In this document: in pieces, positions 40,850 through 52,430 of the stretch
Layout of the letters: every line of letters starts with the position of its first letter
Numbering within the stretch: the stretch's first letter is position 1
Source: Marsupella aquatica
Lineage: Eukaryota > Plantae > Marchantiophyta
Reading direction: 5' to 3'
DNA: 64,000 nt
Assembly (NCBI GenBank): GCA_973895155.1
Contig: OZ316892.1
Location: forward strand, 14,314,861-14,378,860
Translations under genes and position numbers: made by a program
The notes under the pieces: generated by a model
The model's database searches: none
The model's input: only the letters and a program-made list of their open reading frames with translations
Told to the model about the DNA's origin: nothing

Positions 40850-42300
40850 GCTCTAATACCAAGACTGTCTAACTGGTCTAGGAATTGTTTCCCAATATAA
40901 TGTTGTCGTCGTGGGGCTTGCTCGCTTGCTACCTGACTTGTTACTTGTCAATAAAAGTTGGTGACACACACTAAGGACTTAGACTAGCTTGGGGCTGGTC
41001 GGGTCATGGGAAGGGCCAAGCTTAAGGTGGACCGTTCGAACCCCGGATGGACTTTGAGTTATGAGGGCTTCAGTGAGAGCTCCTCTCGGGCCCAAGGCTA
41101 AAGAATTTTAGTTCATATGCAACGGACGTACGGTGCATGAGATACGGTGTGGCCCAAGTGTGGCTATCTGGGACCCCCGACTAACGACGAGTTCTGAGGA
41201 CCGGGCAGACCTAAGTAATGGGTCAGCCCAATCACAATGGGCTAAGACACTCCACTTATGGACGTCTAGCTAGAAAATTATGGGTATACCAAGTTAGTTG
41301 CGTGTCCATGGGTGCGGGTTGAGGGCCAAATATAGGGGACCAAAACCACCGGCCTAGGGCTGACAGGTCTCTAGGAGTATATAAGAGAGGAGTGGTATCT
41401 CACTGGGGGCGAAGGGTGAGTCCAAGTCATGAGTCGCCGCAGTCGCGGCACTAAGGAGAAACATCAAACGGAAACAACAATAACTTCTCAACGGGAAGTT
41501 CATTGGAGGATTTCTTGGATGCATTGGAAATCTCTTGAAGAGGAATACATACTCCTGAGCTCAACTGGGTCTGGGGTGCCATTGGTCCTTGGGGTTTGTG
41601 GGGGATACTCGTCCGCTTGCCAAATCATACCGTAACAGCAGCCAAGCCACGTCCAGTTGTCCATGGGAGCTTGCATTGGGAGGCAATGTAGAGTAGGCAT
41701 GGAGGATGAGTTCCAAGCACACTTGGCCCCTAGACTATCGGTTGAGTGACAACCTTGGGTTGACTAAAGTCGAGCCAAACTGGTCCCAGTGTTTAGGACA
41801 AGCGTGGAATAAACTTTTGGACAAGCTAGCTTATTTGGGCCATGAGCATGTTTTTGGGGCAAGGCGGCTAGCCATTGACAAATAGGAAGTGGGGAAGCAC
41901 GGGCAACACCCATAGAGGGACTGTTTTGGATAAAAAGTCGGTGTCGGCTCTAGTTTCGGCTTATGGCAGGCCCATGCGGGCCCGAGAGATTCTATTTGCT
42001 GACCTACTTACCAATGTTGGTTGAGCTTGAGTTGAGATGTTAGTCTTGGAGTTCCTAGATCCTATGGGGTTACTTACCTAGGTGTTTGGTTTCTTGTGCA
42101 TATAGTGAGGACATTGAGCGACAATCGAGTTAAGGAGCAAGTGTGGCTTCTTATAAGAGTTGCCGTCGAAGGTGCTAGGGGTACCAATTTTTTGCTCAAG
42201 GAGTTCCATGTAGGCGTTCGAGCACCAGGGGCAGTTTAAGCAAAGGTGCTAGGATTGGTGAGGGCACTAGGTGGCACGGTCCACCACTTTGTGGAAAGGA
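40850..42300. mobile_element. degenerate LTR-retrotransposon-like relic
   Basis: PBS-like TGGTATTAGAGC on the minus strand at 40850-40861 beside a ..GACA end, and a TATATAAGAGAGG segment at ~41377. No coding remnant recognised; boundaries are a guess. Confidence 0.3.
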
Positions 42301-43206
42301 AACCTAAACTCATGCTCCGCAAATTTGAAGTAGACAAAAAGACACTCACAAAGTGCCTCAAAATGAGGTCTCAACAGCTCATGCCCAAACATATTCCCAA
42401 AGGGAATGCTTGATGGAAGCTAATGTGCTTTTCATTTGGGTCCTTATGCCTCAATCTGGATGCCCATGAGTGACCACATAATTGGGCAAAGTTCACCAAC
42501 CTGTTCACCAAAAATGGCTCAGCATTTCCACTTTGGTCTTGGGACGTTTAAATTGAGAGGGTCGTTCAATCTAAGCTCGCCTAATTATTTATGTTAGTCC
42601 AGAAGAACCTTTTCATAGATCCTTTTATAGTTGTCCAAACATTGCTCTGGCCAGGCATTTACACATCCTACTCATAAACTTTGTTCTACTATGTGACATA
42701 ATCTTCCCCTAATGCCAAATTTCTAACCCTGCTTCTGCGTCCGTCCTGTCTCATCCCCATTTCTTTGCATATTTATTTTGTCTTTGCTGAAAGGCAATAC
42801 ACAAGTTTGCACTATTAAGGGAGCCATTGTAGGCGACATTTGATTGACTGCAAGAATTTGATTTAAAAATTGGGTGTAGTTTGGAGGGAGTAATGTTTAG
42901 CACATGTTGTTGAGTGACAAGGTCTCAATGTAAACTTTACGGCATCTGCAGCCCTGGCATGTAACGGCCACGATCTCAACCACAATGGAGTTTTCCACAA
43001 ACTCTGAGAGCCAATTCTCAGTGTCCAAAGAATTCTGGACACTTCCATTTTGTGTGGTGGCATTTGAGATGGGACTTCAGACATTCACACACAAAGTAGG
43101 GCAGCTGATCCAGAGTGTTGGTTGGCCACAATAGAGTTTTCCACTTTGAGGGCTAATTCTCAGTGTCCAAAGAATTCTTGACAATTCCATTTTGTGTGGC
43201 AGCATT

Positions 43207-44099
43207 GTTTTTCAAAAAGGACAAAGGGCCAAAAACCACACGAGGGGGGAAAAACTACCCAAGCAAGACAGAGAGGCAACGATGCCAAGGGCCAAGCGGC
43301 CAACAAAAACACAAGTCATGCCACTCTACCCAAAAGAGTCATGGCATAATGTCCCCTAAAGTAAACAATCTGGTTCCATAGTGTTCATCTTAAGGCTATC
43401 CTGCCACCTGTTGTTCTGCTGTCTACTGAGACTATCTAAGATTATCATCCTAGTCCTACCATTGTATTTCTCGATATCCATACACTCTGATCTGGGCCTG
43501 TTCTGATGATAATAACCAATTCTCTTCGTTGATTGATACCAGTTAGTCACCCTGGTGAACTCTTCATCAATGTAAGCCAGGCCTTGGATATAAAGTCTCC
43601 CTCTATTAGTGTTGGTTGTTTTAACCATCTTTGTATTGAGTGTTCATTGCAATAGGACTCTCATTAGTCTCCCAGGGCTTAAGGATAACCTGGAGTTGGT
43701 CAATGGCTTTCCGAGTCTGCTTGCCTTTCTTCTCAGACATACACATATCAAGCATGGCTTTGAGATGGGTTTTAGCTTGGCGCAAGACAACCCATCCCGG
43801 GAGTCTTCCAAGGAATCAAGAATACGTGGCAGCAATCGCTCATTCCAGATATTGTTGCACAATTTCATAATGATGATAATCAGGCCAGGTTTCCACTTAT
43901 GCAAATGGACAGCCGCATTCATAGCATGATAGAGAGATCCCTGAGTAACCTGCAGGGAAGTGGAATATTGCACAAGCCTTTGTACCTCCTGCCATCTAGA
44001 AATTACAGTATTGCAGCTGAAAAAAAGGTCTTTAGTGTGCTCAAATTGGAGTTTGCACCTAGCACAGATACCATTGCTAAGTCCCTAGTGGTTGGCTCA
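43207..44099 (-). mobile_element. degenerate 5'-truncated LINE fragment
   Basis: Interrupts the tandem unit with a near-TSD (GTGTGGCAGCATT 43194-43206, GTGTGGCACATTT 44100-44112). It has a T-rich 3'-UTR-like end and a decayed CNNIWNER motif. Confidence 0.55.
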
Positions 44100-44393
44100 G
44101 TGTGGCACATTTGAGACGGGACTTGAGGCATTCACATACAAAGTAGGGCAGATGACCCAGAGTGCTGCCTGGCCACAATATAGTTTTCCATGTACACCGA
44201 GGGCCAATTATCAGTGTCCGGCGATAGTTGAGATGGGAATTCAGGCATTCACACACAAAGTAAATCAGCTGACCCAGATTGCTGGCTAGCCACTGAAGAA
44301 TTTTCCACAAAACTCTAAGGGCCCACTATCAATGAGTGTCTAAAGAATTCTGGGCACTTCCATTTTGTGTGGCAGCGTTTATAGAGATGAGAC

Positions 44394-44726
44394 TGTTGGA
44401 AATGAACCACACTCGAACGACAATGGATACAGCCACAAAGGGCCTGTAGCTCAGTGGTAGAGCACTATGATGTACTCGGGAGATCTTAGGTTCAATTCCT
44501 AGCTGGTCCATGTTGTTGAGAGTTCCAACATGGCATCAGAACCAAAGATTAGGGGTTTCCCTTGTAACAAGTGCCCCTTAAGGGAGGGTGTTGAAAATGA
44601 ACCACACTCAAACTACGATGTATACAGGCAAAAAGGGCCTGTAGCTCAAGTGGTAGAGCACTACAATGTACACGGGAGATCCTAGATTCAATTCCTCGCC
44701 AGTCCATGTTATTGAGAGTTCCAACA
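44394..44726 (+). mobile_element. TRIM (miniature LTR retrotransposon) with tRNA-like cassettes in both LTRs
   Basis: LTR1 44394-44530 and LTR2 44589-44726 (TGTTG..CAACA ends), PBS TGGCATCAGAACC at 44531, PPT AAGGGAGGG before LTR2, degenerate 5-bp TSD GAGAC/AGGAC from host GGGAC. Confidence 0.9.
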
Positions 44727-45139
44727 AGGACTTCAGGCATTCACATACAAAATGGGGCAGCTTACAAAGTGTTGGCTCTCAAAGTAATGGGGCACCTGAC
44801 TCTAGTACGCTCACCTCTCAAGGTGCTTTCCTGTGTGGCACCTACTCTGTTGCCCATAGGTAAAATGCACTTGGGATAACCCTGAATTTTAGGATAAACT
44901 CAGGATAGCTCACTGAGTTTACGGGAAAGTTCAATGTGAGTAAAATTCTGTAAAGTTGAGTTATGACAAACCTTTTGCCTTCTTACCATCATTCAGGTTC
45001 TGTACTTTCCTGTCAGAATCGATAAAATGCATTGTCGTGAAGCTCAACCGAATATCGTAATGATTTCATGATGCAAATAATGCGTTCGTGCTTTGAGTAA
45101 TAACAAAGAAAATAAGTATAAGGCCGAAAGCAGCTACTT

Positions 45140-45212
45140 TCCGTTGTAGTCTAGATGGTTAGGATACTCGGCTCTCACCCGAGCGACCCGGGTTCGAGTC
45201 CCGGCAACGGAA
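45140..45212 (+). tRNA. tRNA-Glu(CTC)
   Basis: TCCGTTG..CAACGGA acceptor stem, CTCGG/CCGAG anticodon stem with CTC at 45174-45176, GGTTCGAGTCC T-arm. Matches the plant cytosolic tRNA-Glu consensus. Confidence 0.97.
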
Positions 45213-45238
45213 CGCTCCCGAGATAAATGACTACAGGC

Positions 45239-45243
45239 TTTTT
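45239..45243 (+). terminator. Pol III oligo-T terminator of tRNA-Glu
   Basis: First T5 run, 26 nt after the tRNA. Confidence 0.65.
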
Positions 45244-45695
45244 ACATAAATCATTTCCCGACCTCTTGTCGCACCTCTTGTCGCATTATTCTAATGACTA
45301 CGATGAGAATGCCATATGTTTCTTAGCAAGTCCATGCTGTGTCTCGTCAGAATGGTCTCTTAACGCGTTGTGTAACCAAAGCTATACGAACTCCACGATG
45401 TAGAAAAGAAAAGAAAAGGAAAAAAATGGACAACACATGGTCGGAAATTAGACAACACATGGTCGGAAATTAGACAACCACCTGGGATAATGGACTGGTC
45501 GACTGGGCTACACTTCGACTGAAGACAACAAAGGATTTTGCGAAATCCAATCTTGACAGTCAACTGGTGACACTGATACCAGAGTTTATACGGAATTTAC
45601 AGTCACACACAATTGGAATATAACATTCACATCCATTCGAGAAGAGAACTTCAATTTATCTTTAGTCAAAGGATATTTTCCTCTGTACCAATCTC

Positions 45696-47852
45696 CTACT
45701 TCGACAACCCAAATTCACCTCGAATTTTTCCTACGAAAAAATCCTTAGATTTGATTTTCCCAGGTATCCAGCCTAACAAACTTATAATCGGCAGCACAAG
45801 CAAACCATCCACACGTCCTAACGTTACAACACCGAAAGGCTTCTCTAAAGGTTTGTAAACAAGGAGCTGTTGACCATTAGAATCATTGATTAGCTTTTTT
45901 ATGTTGCCCACAACAATATCGCCGTGCTTGCTAGCCAGAAATCCTTGCTTGATTTCCTGCAATCAGTCCAACATAAGCCTTGGTGAGCATATCAATCCAA
46001 CTCTTAATGTGAGCTTATTCGATCCTTTCTACATGAAGTCAAAGAGCATCGTTAGAGCACCTACACTCGCGGTCGGAATGGAGAATTGCCGTTATGCACT
46101 TACATCTACAAAGCAGGTTTCAAATGTTGCACGTCATAGCCATGGAGCTCATTGCACATTTAGTTGCTACAGAGAGGTAAATTGACAAAGGGAGCTAAAT
46201 GGAAGGTTGATAACTGCAGAAAGGGTGAGCAACCAGAGAGAGTCGATGGGAATTCACCTTGAAGTTTGTAATGTCTCCAGCAGCAAATATGTTGGGAAAT
46301 CCCACAACTTGAGTAGTCGGCTCAACCTTTATCCGTCCTTCGTCTGTCACAACATCTTTCAAATAATTGGATGCTGCAACCCATCCAATGGCGGTTTTCT
46401 TGCCAATAGCCACGATATGATGATCTGCCTTGATTGCCACATGGCCCTTGGTTTCGAAATCGGGAGGTGCAATGTCATTTACCTCAACAGAATCATTGAG
46501 GACTAATTCTACGCCTTTCTTTTTCAACCACTTCTCGGTCTTTTGACCAGCCTTAGGTCCAAGAAACTCTAAAACGTGTGGACCACGTGACAGCAGAGTG
46601 ACCTTCTTTTTAGGGAAGTCGGTGACAATCTCTCCTGCCAGTTCCACTCCCACTGGTCCACCGCCAATAACTAGCACGGACTCGGCATCCGCTATCTTCT
46701 TGTTCCCTGAAAAAGCGGCACGAGATAATGTTCAGTCGTTAGATAGGAGCCATAGCCATATTCTAGGGAAGACTGCCAGTGACCATTAAGCCTACATTGC
46801 AGCGAATCGAGGGAGGGGAATTTGAAGAACAATACTCGAGCATGTCATTCTAAATATTGTCCACCGGCCCTAAGGCCTCATGAAACCTGCAAAAGTTATA
46901 TATCAGCGAAAAGGAAACTTTTAAAGCCGAACTCTTGTCTGTCTAGCGAAGGTAAAATGCGACTCTATCATTCTCTACTCTGCTGTGCAATCTCATATAG
47001 ACAGTTACAAAGACGAACTCGGAAACTAGGGAGGCAACCTACTTTCTTCAAATTCCTTCAGTCGCTCTTCTTTGGTCGCACCACTGGTGAAGGTGGTTCC
47101 TGTGGCGATGACAAGGTAGTCATAGGGGACGTGCTCTCCGGACGCTGTGATGACCTCTGTGGCCGTCGCTTCCTTTGCGGTACTTTGGACGAGTTTTACG
47201 TTCTTCAGAAAGTCGGTGTACAGAAGTAGAGTTCGATCCGCAAAGCTAGGCTCGACGATGGATCGCGGCTCGGAGTAGGGAATCTCTAAATAATTCTTTC
47301 TGCCAGTACATCAACGCGTCAATATTCCGGCGTCAACAATTGCACGACAAGCAATCGGAAACTTACTTGACAAACTAATTCAATTGTGAAGCTTCAAAGC
47401 ATTCTATACATTGGCTTCGCAGGTAGAAATCGCTTAAAGTACTTCAAGCAGGTAAAGTTGAGATAAAATGCCGTCACTATTGATCGTTTTCCAGAACGAC
47501 TTGACAGTAGATGATTCTCTTTCAGAACATTTCACAATGATTGACGATAAAATCGACCTCAACCATCTGCAAGCGTGGGCCTGGCGTACAGCAATCTGCT
47601 TCTACGACATGCCCATTTCGTTGCGTCTTCGATACCCGAGAGCTACCAAACTGAAATGCAGCAGAAGCAGGCTGCTCAGTGCGTGTCCAGAAAAGCCGCA
47701 GTATGTACAGAGTTTGAGGAAGAGACTGGACACAGGACAGGAATTACGTACGGGTCAATGAGCGTCACGTCTACAACGTCCTCCAAGTCCTTCGCAATTT
47801 TGGAACCTGCTATACCGCCTCCCACCACCACTACCTTCTTCTTCTCAGACAT
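45696..47852 (-). CDS. AIF/FSP1(AIFM2)-like FAD/NAD(P)H oxidoreductase; exons 47852-47752, 47299-47043, 46706-46258, 45956-45696
   Basis: MSEKKKVVVVGGGIAG..DVTLIDP/KNYLEIP, YDYLVIATG, VLVIGGGPVGVELAGEI, NIFAAGDIT, IKSKDFFV. GT-AG junctions are in phase. Confidence 0.92.
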
Positions 47853-49889
47853 TTTGAGATTCTCGATTTGTTCTCTATTCGTACTCTCCCTGTCAAGTCT
47901 GCTCCTCGATGAACTCTCCTGTGCGATTCAAAATCCGCGCTTGCAATCAATCGTAGAAAAATTCAGTGCCTTCTACGAAGAGAACTGAGATGGAGACGAA
48001 GACTCGATTTCAATCCTTGCCCAACCAATGATTGAACCATCCATTTTTTATATGCAGAGAACCAAACCTTCTCTGCAATACGACCGATTCAAATGTACCT
48101 GGCTTGATGGCAGGAAGACCGGGAGTCAGTGATCATCATTGTCGGCGCACTTTCAGCTCGTCACTGTTGCTCCCTACTGCTCTAGAAGGATTCGAAGGAA
48201 TGAATAGTGACACGAGTTATCCTTCTCGATGCTGTTGGTGGGAGCCAGGAGCCAACGGAGAGACACTAGACAGTGGGCGCTCAGACAGTTTGTGTGGGCG
48301 ATCTTGAGCGCAGGACGGGCGCACTCAATACTAGTTTCGAAGCTTCAAAAAGCTCTTCACATGAAGGCGTGAAGTGTGGTGGTTTGAATTCCTCGAGAAA
48401 GTTCGCGCGCTCCTTCCTCGACATCTGGACTGGCGCATAATACAGACGAAACATTAGAATCTGGGCGACACGGCGTAAAGTGCTCCCCCCCCGCAACCAG
48501 CGAATTTTTTAAGGGTTTTGCCTTTTAGCCAGAGTGGCAAATGTTCTGTGTGAAGGATAAGATGCTCAAAATGTTACTTATCTGGTCTGCCTAGATTTAA
48601 GGGTGACGGATAGATTCTGGCTTAAGGGGCCTGTGATAGGTGGGGACACTGGCTAATGAGAAAGAAAAATACTAGCCTATTTTGGCCAAACGTGGCAAAA
48701 GCTTTGTGGGGAGGTGGAATTTTACGAAATTTTGCCACTAAAAAAAAGGCTCCAAACTTAAATTCATGCTCACTTTGGGTACCAACAAAATTCTATGGGA
48801 CCAAAACAGCCTGAGTTTTGTGAACCCATTTGAGTGAGACATCTGTACATGGTTGAGGGAACAGGACTTTGGATCTCCTCTGATAGAATCTGTCTCCACA
48901 ATGTTTCCACCTTGTAAGCTTAAAGTTGGGTCCTACCAATTCCAGATAGGATGCAGATTCCCTAGGCCTAAAATTTCTGCTTTATTTAGTAAGTAGGAAT
49001 GACGCTACATGTCTGTAATGAAGGGGCTAGATTTAATGAATCGGTAAAACTCTGCCTCCCCCATTATGTGAAGTGTCCGGGTTAGAGTTGTAATAACCAA
49101 ACCGGGAGAGACATGGCTGTGTGGTAACTCACCTGAGTGAAGATTTATAGGTCTTGGGTTCAAATGTTATGATTGACTCTTCACTTTCTTTGGGGGTTTC
49201 ACACATTTACTCTTTAAATTTTGTAAAAAATAAATTAAAAAATAGTAATAAGCAAGCTCTATCCAACTTTTTTTAATTTATCCAAGCAAACCTTAGTCAA
49301 GTCAATCTTGTAACCAATGTTGTACGATGACGTTTACAGTTTTAATTACAGCTCATGTCAGTTTATGACTCTTTTCTCCTTGGGTACTAAGAACCCATAG
49401 CAATATGAAAATTAGTTTGAGTATCCTTTGGTTATTTAAGCTTGATGTTATTCAACAACCAAGTTAGAGCACATGAAGAGTTGCATATTCAAATAACTTT
49501 GAATATGGAGATAAGGGGGAAAAAAGAGATTTTTCATGATGTAGTCAGTGCACAATGTTCCCTCTGTACTCCTATGTCCATAAAGACCATGCAAAATGTG
49601 TTATAGAAGCCAAAATGTTTCTTTCTACCAATGGTTATTCCAAAATTTACTAATTAAATAATTTTTATACATCCACTGAAAAACACTGATATATCATCAC
49701 AGTCCATCTTGGAAAGGTTATTTTCTTTTCACACATTTCTTTGTTTATTTGAAAAAGTTTCAGTTTTCTATTGTTTGTATAGTTACAATATCTAACTGTT
49801 TTTTTAATGTGTCAACACACAAAGTCTTGTTTGGTACTTTTTGTATAAGGAACACTTCTTGTTTGTGACCAATAATGCTAATATAGCAG

Positions 49890-50030
49890 CCCATGTTTCC
49901 AGCTACTTTGGAAGGAGCTTCCCATAATAAGGGTATGTAAAGAAGTGTTAACCAATGAGAGCCCATGCTTCCAGCTACTTTGGAAGGAGCTTCCCATAAG
50001 GGTATGTAAAGAAGTGTTAACCAATGAGAG
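49890..50030. repeat. ~72-bp tandem duplication
   Basis: CCCATG.TTCCAGCTACTTTGGAAGGAGCTTCCCATAA at 49890 and 49962. Confidence 0.9.
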
Positions 50031-50084
50031 ATTTACAGGTTTTAGGATGTATCATGTGAGCTTCTTACTCTCTTCTCTTTAGGA

Positions 50085-50640
50085 CTGGCAGGACTCCTAC
50101 AAAACACTAAATTTCTGTGGCACGACTCTTGGAAAATACAATTTCTGTAGGGAATGAGGGTTACCAATGTGTACCCATTACCAATGTGTACCCATTTCTC
50201 TGTGGCAGGACTCTTGGAAAACACACAATTTCTGTAGGGAATGCGGGTTACCAATGTGTACCCATTTTCAGAGGTACCTCCGCTATTCCCATAACATATT
50301 GCCCACCTGCTATTCCCACGATATCTTGCCTGGGAGTGACCTTTTTCTGGACACCTGCTATTCAGCTAATGTCTTGCCCAGAAGTAACTTTTTTCCCCAC
50401 ACTAATTCCATACTAGAATGGAGGTCCCCTTTGTCCGGACAGCTGCTATTCCCATAATATATATTGCCCAGAAGGAACCTTTTCCCCCACACTAATTCAG
50501 TCCTATAATGGAGGTCTGGGCAAGGGTCCTAGCCTGAGACACCTGCTATTCCCATAATATATATATTGCCCAGAAGGAACCTTTTCCCCCACACTAATTC
50601 AGTCCTATAATGGAGGTCTGGGCAAGGGTCCTAGCCTGAA
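50085..50640. repeat. complex tandem repeats including a near-perfect ~100-bp duplication
   Basis: CTGCTATTCCCATAATATATATTGCCCAGAAGGAACC near 50443 and 50543; TTACCAATGTGTACCCATT x3. Confidence 0.85.
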
Positions 50641-51348
50641 CCCTGCTCCGAAAAAGCTCAGAAAGGCTTTCCCACTGCCCTTCGGGTTTTTCTCACCTAA
50701 CCAGACCAGTTTTTCTCACCGAACCAGACCACCATTATCCTGTACCTCCAGGTGGTTCCATATATTTATGGGAGAATACCACAAAGAAACAGCATTGGTT
50801 TTTCCCCAACAGAAGTTTGAATGAAACAAAGAAATCGTGGAGTCTACCCACGACTATTTTTGCCAAGAGAGAGAATATGCACCAAGGACGGCTCCGCTCT
50901 GATCCAAACCCAGTCTTCAAAGGGTAGATCCACATACCATAGTAATCTGGTTTCCGAAATGGAGGACAGTTCAGTAGCTTCTCATCACGGACACAAGGAA
51001 TGAAAGACACCGGGCAGTAGCCCTGTTGGGATCCCCTTCACAGACACTTTTTACGGAGTATAAAGGCCCACTGAACTTGACATATGAACTTGATTTAGTT
51101 GCACATAATTATAGATTTTCAACGTCAAAGATAGTCATTCAACACACTTTTGCACTTTTAAGTAATAACAGACATCACCTCCTTTGCATTCTAATTCATA
51201 GCAAGCCTGCAAGCATGATATTTCGATGATGTAATTCATCCCATTCAGATCGTTTTGATCAGACTCTCGAGATTCCAGAAGCTGTTGCTTGAGGAGAGAC
51301 CAAGTTCCTATCGAGAATTGGTGAGTGGGAGAGCGTCACATGATCATT

Positions 51349-52194
51349 CTATTGACGATGTCCTTCCGGTAAGGTCACGACATTATGAAATGGAACGGAC
51401 TTTCTCGGTAAGCCCTCCACTCCTTCCTCTTCGTCGCCATCGAACTCCAAAAACAAGGCGTCATCGAACTTCATCTTCTTGCGTTGCGGACCAACCACAC
51501 AAGCCTTGTACAGGGCAGTAGTGCCCGGGTAGACTGCCAATACATGCGAGCCCTGTGGAAAGTCCGGTGAGTAATTGACGTCTGATCTCTTGGGAAAGGG
51601 GATTATGCACGAAATTGGAAGAGTGTAGGGTCGTCCGCCAGTCTCCCCGTCATCATCCGGTTCCTCGTCGACGACTTCAAAACTCTTTCCATCCCGATCT
51701 TTTCCTGTGACCTTCACCACGATCCACTCGTGATTGTCCGCGTCCTCTGGTGAAACTCTGGCAGCAACTTGGTCGCCCACATTGATCGAAGAATGGGCTG
51801 ACGGTGTGCGAGGCACAGCAGGAGAGGATGACATGCGTGGGGACTCAATGGCATTGGTATTGATCCGTTTGCGCTTTGGGTCGGCTGTGTTCGAGACAGG
51901 TTTCTTCCTGTGCGGCGGGGGTGGCTGCTGCTGCCTTCCCGGTGAAATAAGTGCGTCCAGCTGCAGTATTGTGCTTCCCAAAAGGCTCTCCTCTTCCTCT
52001 GCCAGATTTTTGGCCTCCACATAGAGAGTACGGAGCCTAGACCAAAGGTCCGGAGTTAACTTCTCAGCTGTTACAGGTGCCGTTGCCGAGAGTTTCACAT
52101 GGATTCTATTAATCTTGCGAACTACACCATCCTGGTCTCTTCTGAGGCGCTCCAATTCTCGAAAACGCTGATTTGCTCCATCGCAAGTTGCCAT
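51349..52194 (-). CDS. SGF29: SAGA-associated factor 29 (coiled coil + tandem Tudor), intronless
   Basis: ELERLRRDQ..V..IN..H.KL N-terminus, GDQVAARV..EWIVVKV, FEVVDEEP, IIPFPKR, VLAVYPGTTALYKA.V, LEFDGDEE, VPFHNVVTLPEGHRQ. Confidence 0.95.
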   Translation of the reverse strand: MATCDGANQRFRELERLRRDQDGVVRKINRIHVKLSATAPVTAEKLTPDLWSRLRTLYVEAKNLAEEEESLLGSTILQLDALISPGRQQQPPPPHRKKPVSNTADPKRKRINTNAIESPRMSSSPAVPRTPSAHSSINVGDQVAARVSPEDADNHEWIVVKVTGKDRDGKSFEVVDEEPDDDGETGGRPYTLPISCIIPFPKRSDVNYSPDFPQGSHVLAVYPGTTALYKACVVGPQRKKMKFDDALFLEFDGDEEEGVEGLPRKSVPFHNVVTLPEGHRQ

Positions 52195-52430
52195 AATCTG
52201 GCACTGGTCTCCTGCTTAACAGGGCTGCTCGTCGATTCTTTGAACAAGAATGCAATTCGCTACTGCACTCAGCGGGCAGATGACGCATGACAAGTTGGCT
52301 GTTAAACAATCCATGGCCTCACTTCGAAATTTTCTGGTAAGAAATAGAAACGTTTCTACATTTTGTAGTGTCGAAAAATGTAGTCAGGAAGAGTAGAGCG
52401 AAAATGTTTTTGTAACACGTACGGGATTTA

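Larger units (their letters stand above)
42975..44780. repeat. ~140-bp tandem array interrupted by a LINE fragment and a TRIM
   Basis: Recurring TTCCATTTTGTGTGGCAGCATTTGAGATGGGACTTCAGGCATTCACACACAAAGTAGGGCAGCTGACCCAGAG. Confidence 0.8.

Noticed and set aside
44440-44705. Two tRNA-like sequences as functional tRNA genes
   Set aside because: The anticodon arms do not pair and both lie within the LTRs of a TRIM.
49110-49170. Degenerate A/B-box (SINE head)
   Set aside because: Only a partial GGTTCAAAT match, with no tail or TSD.
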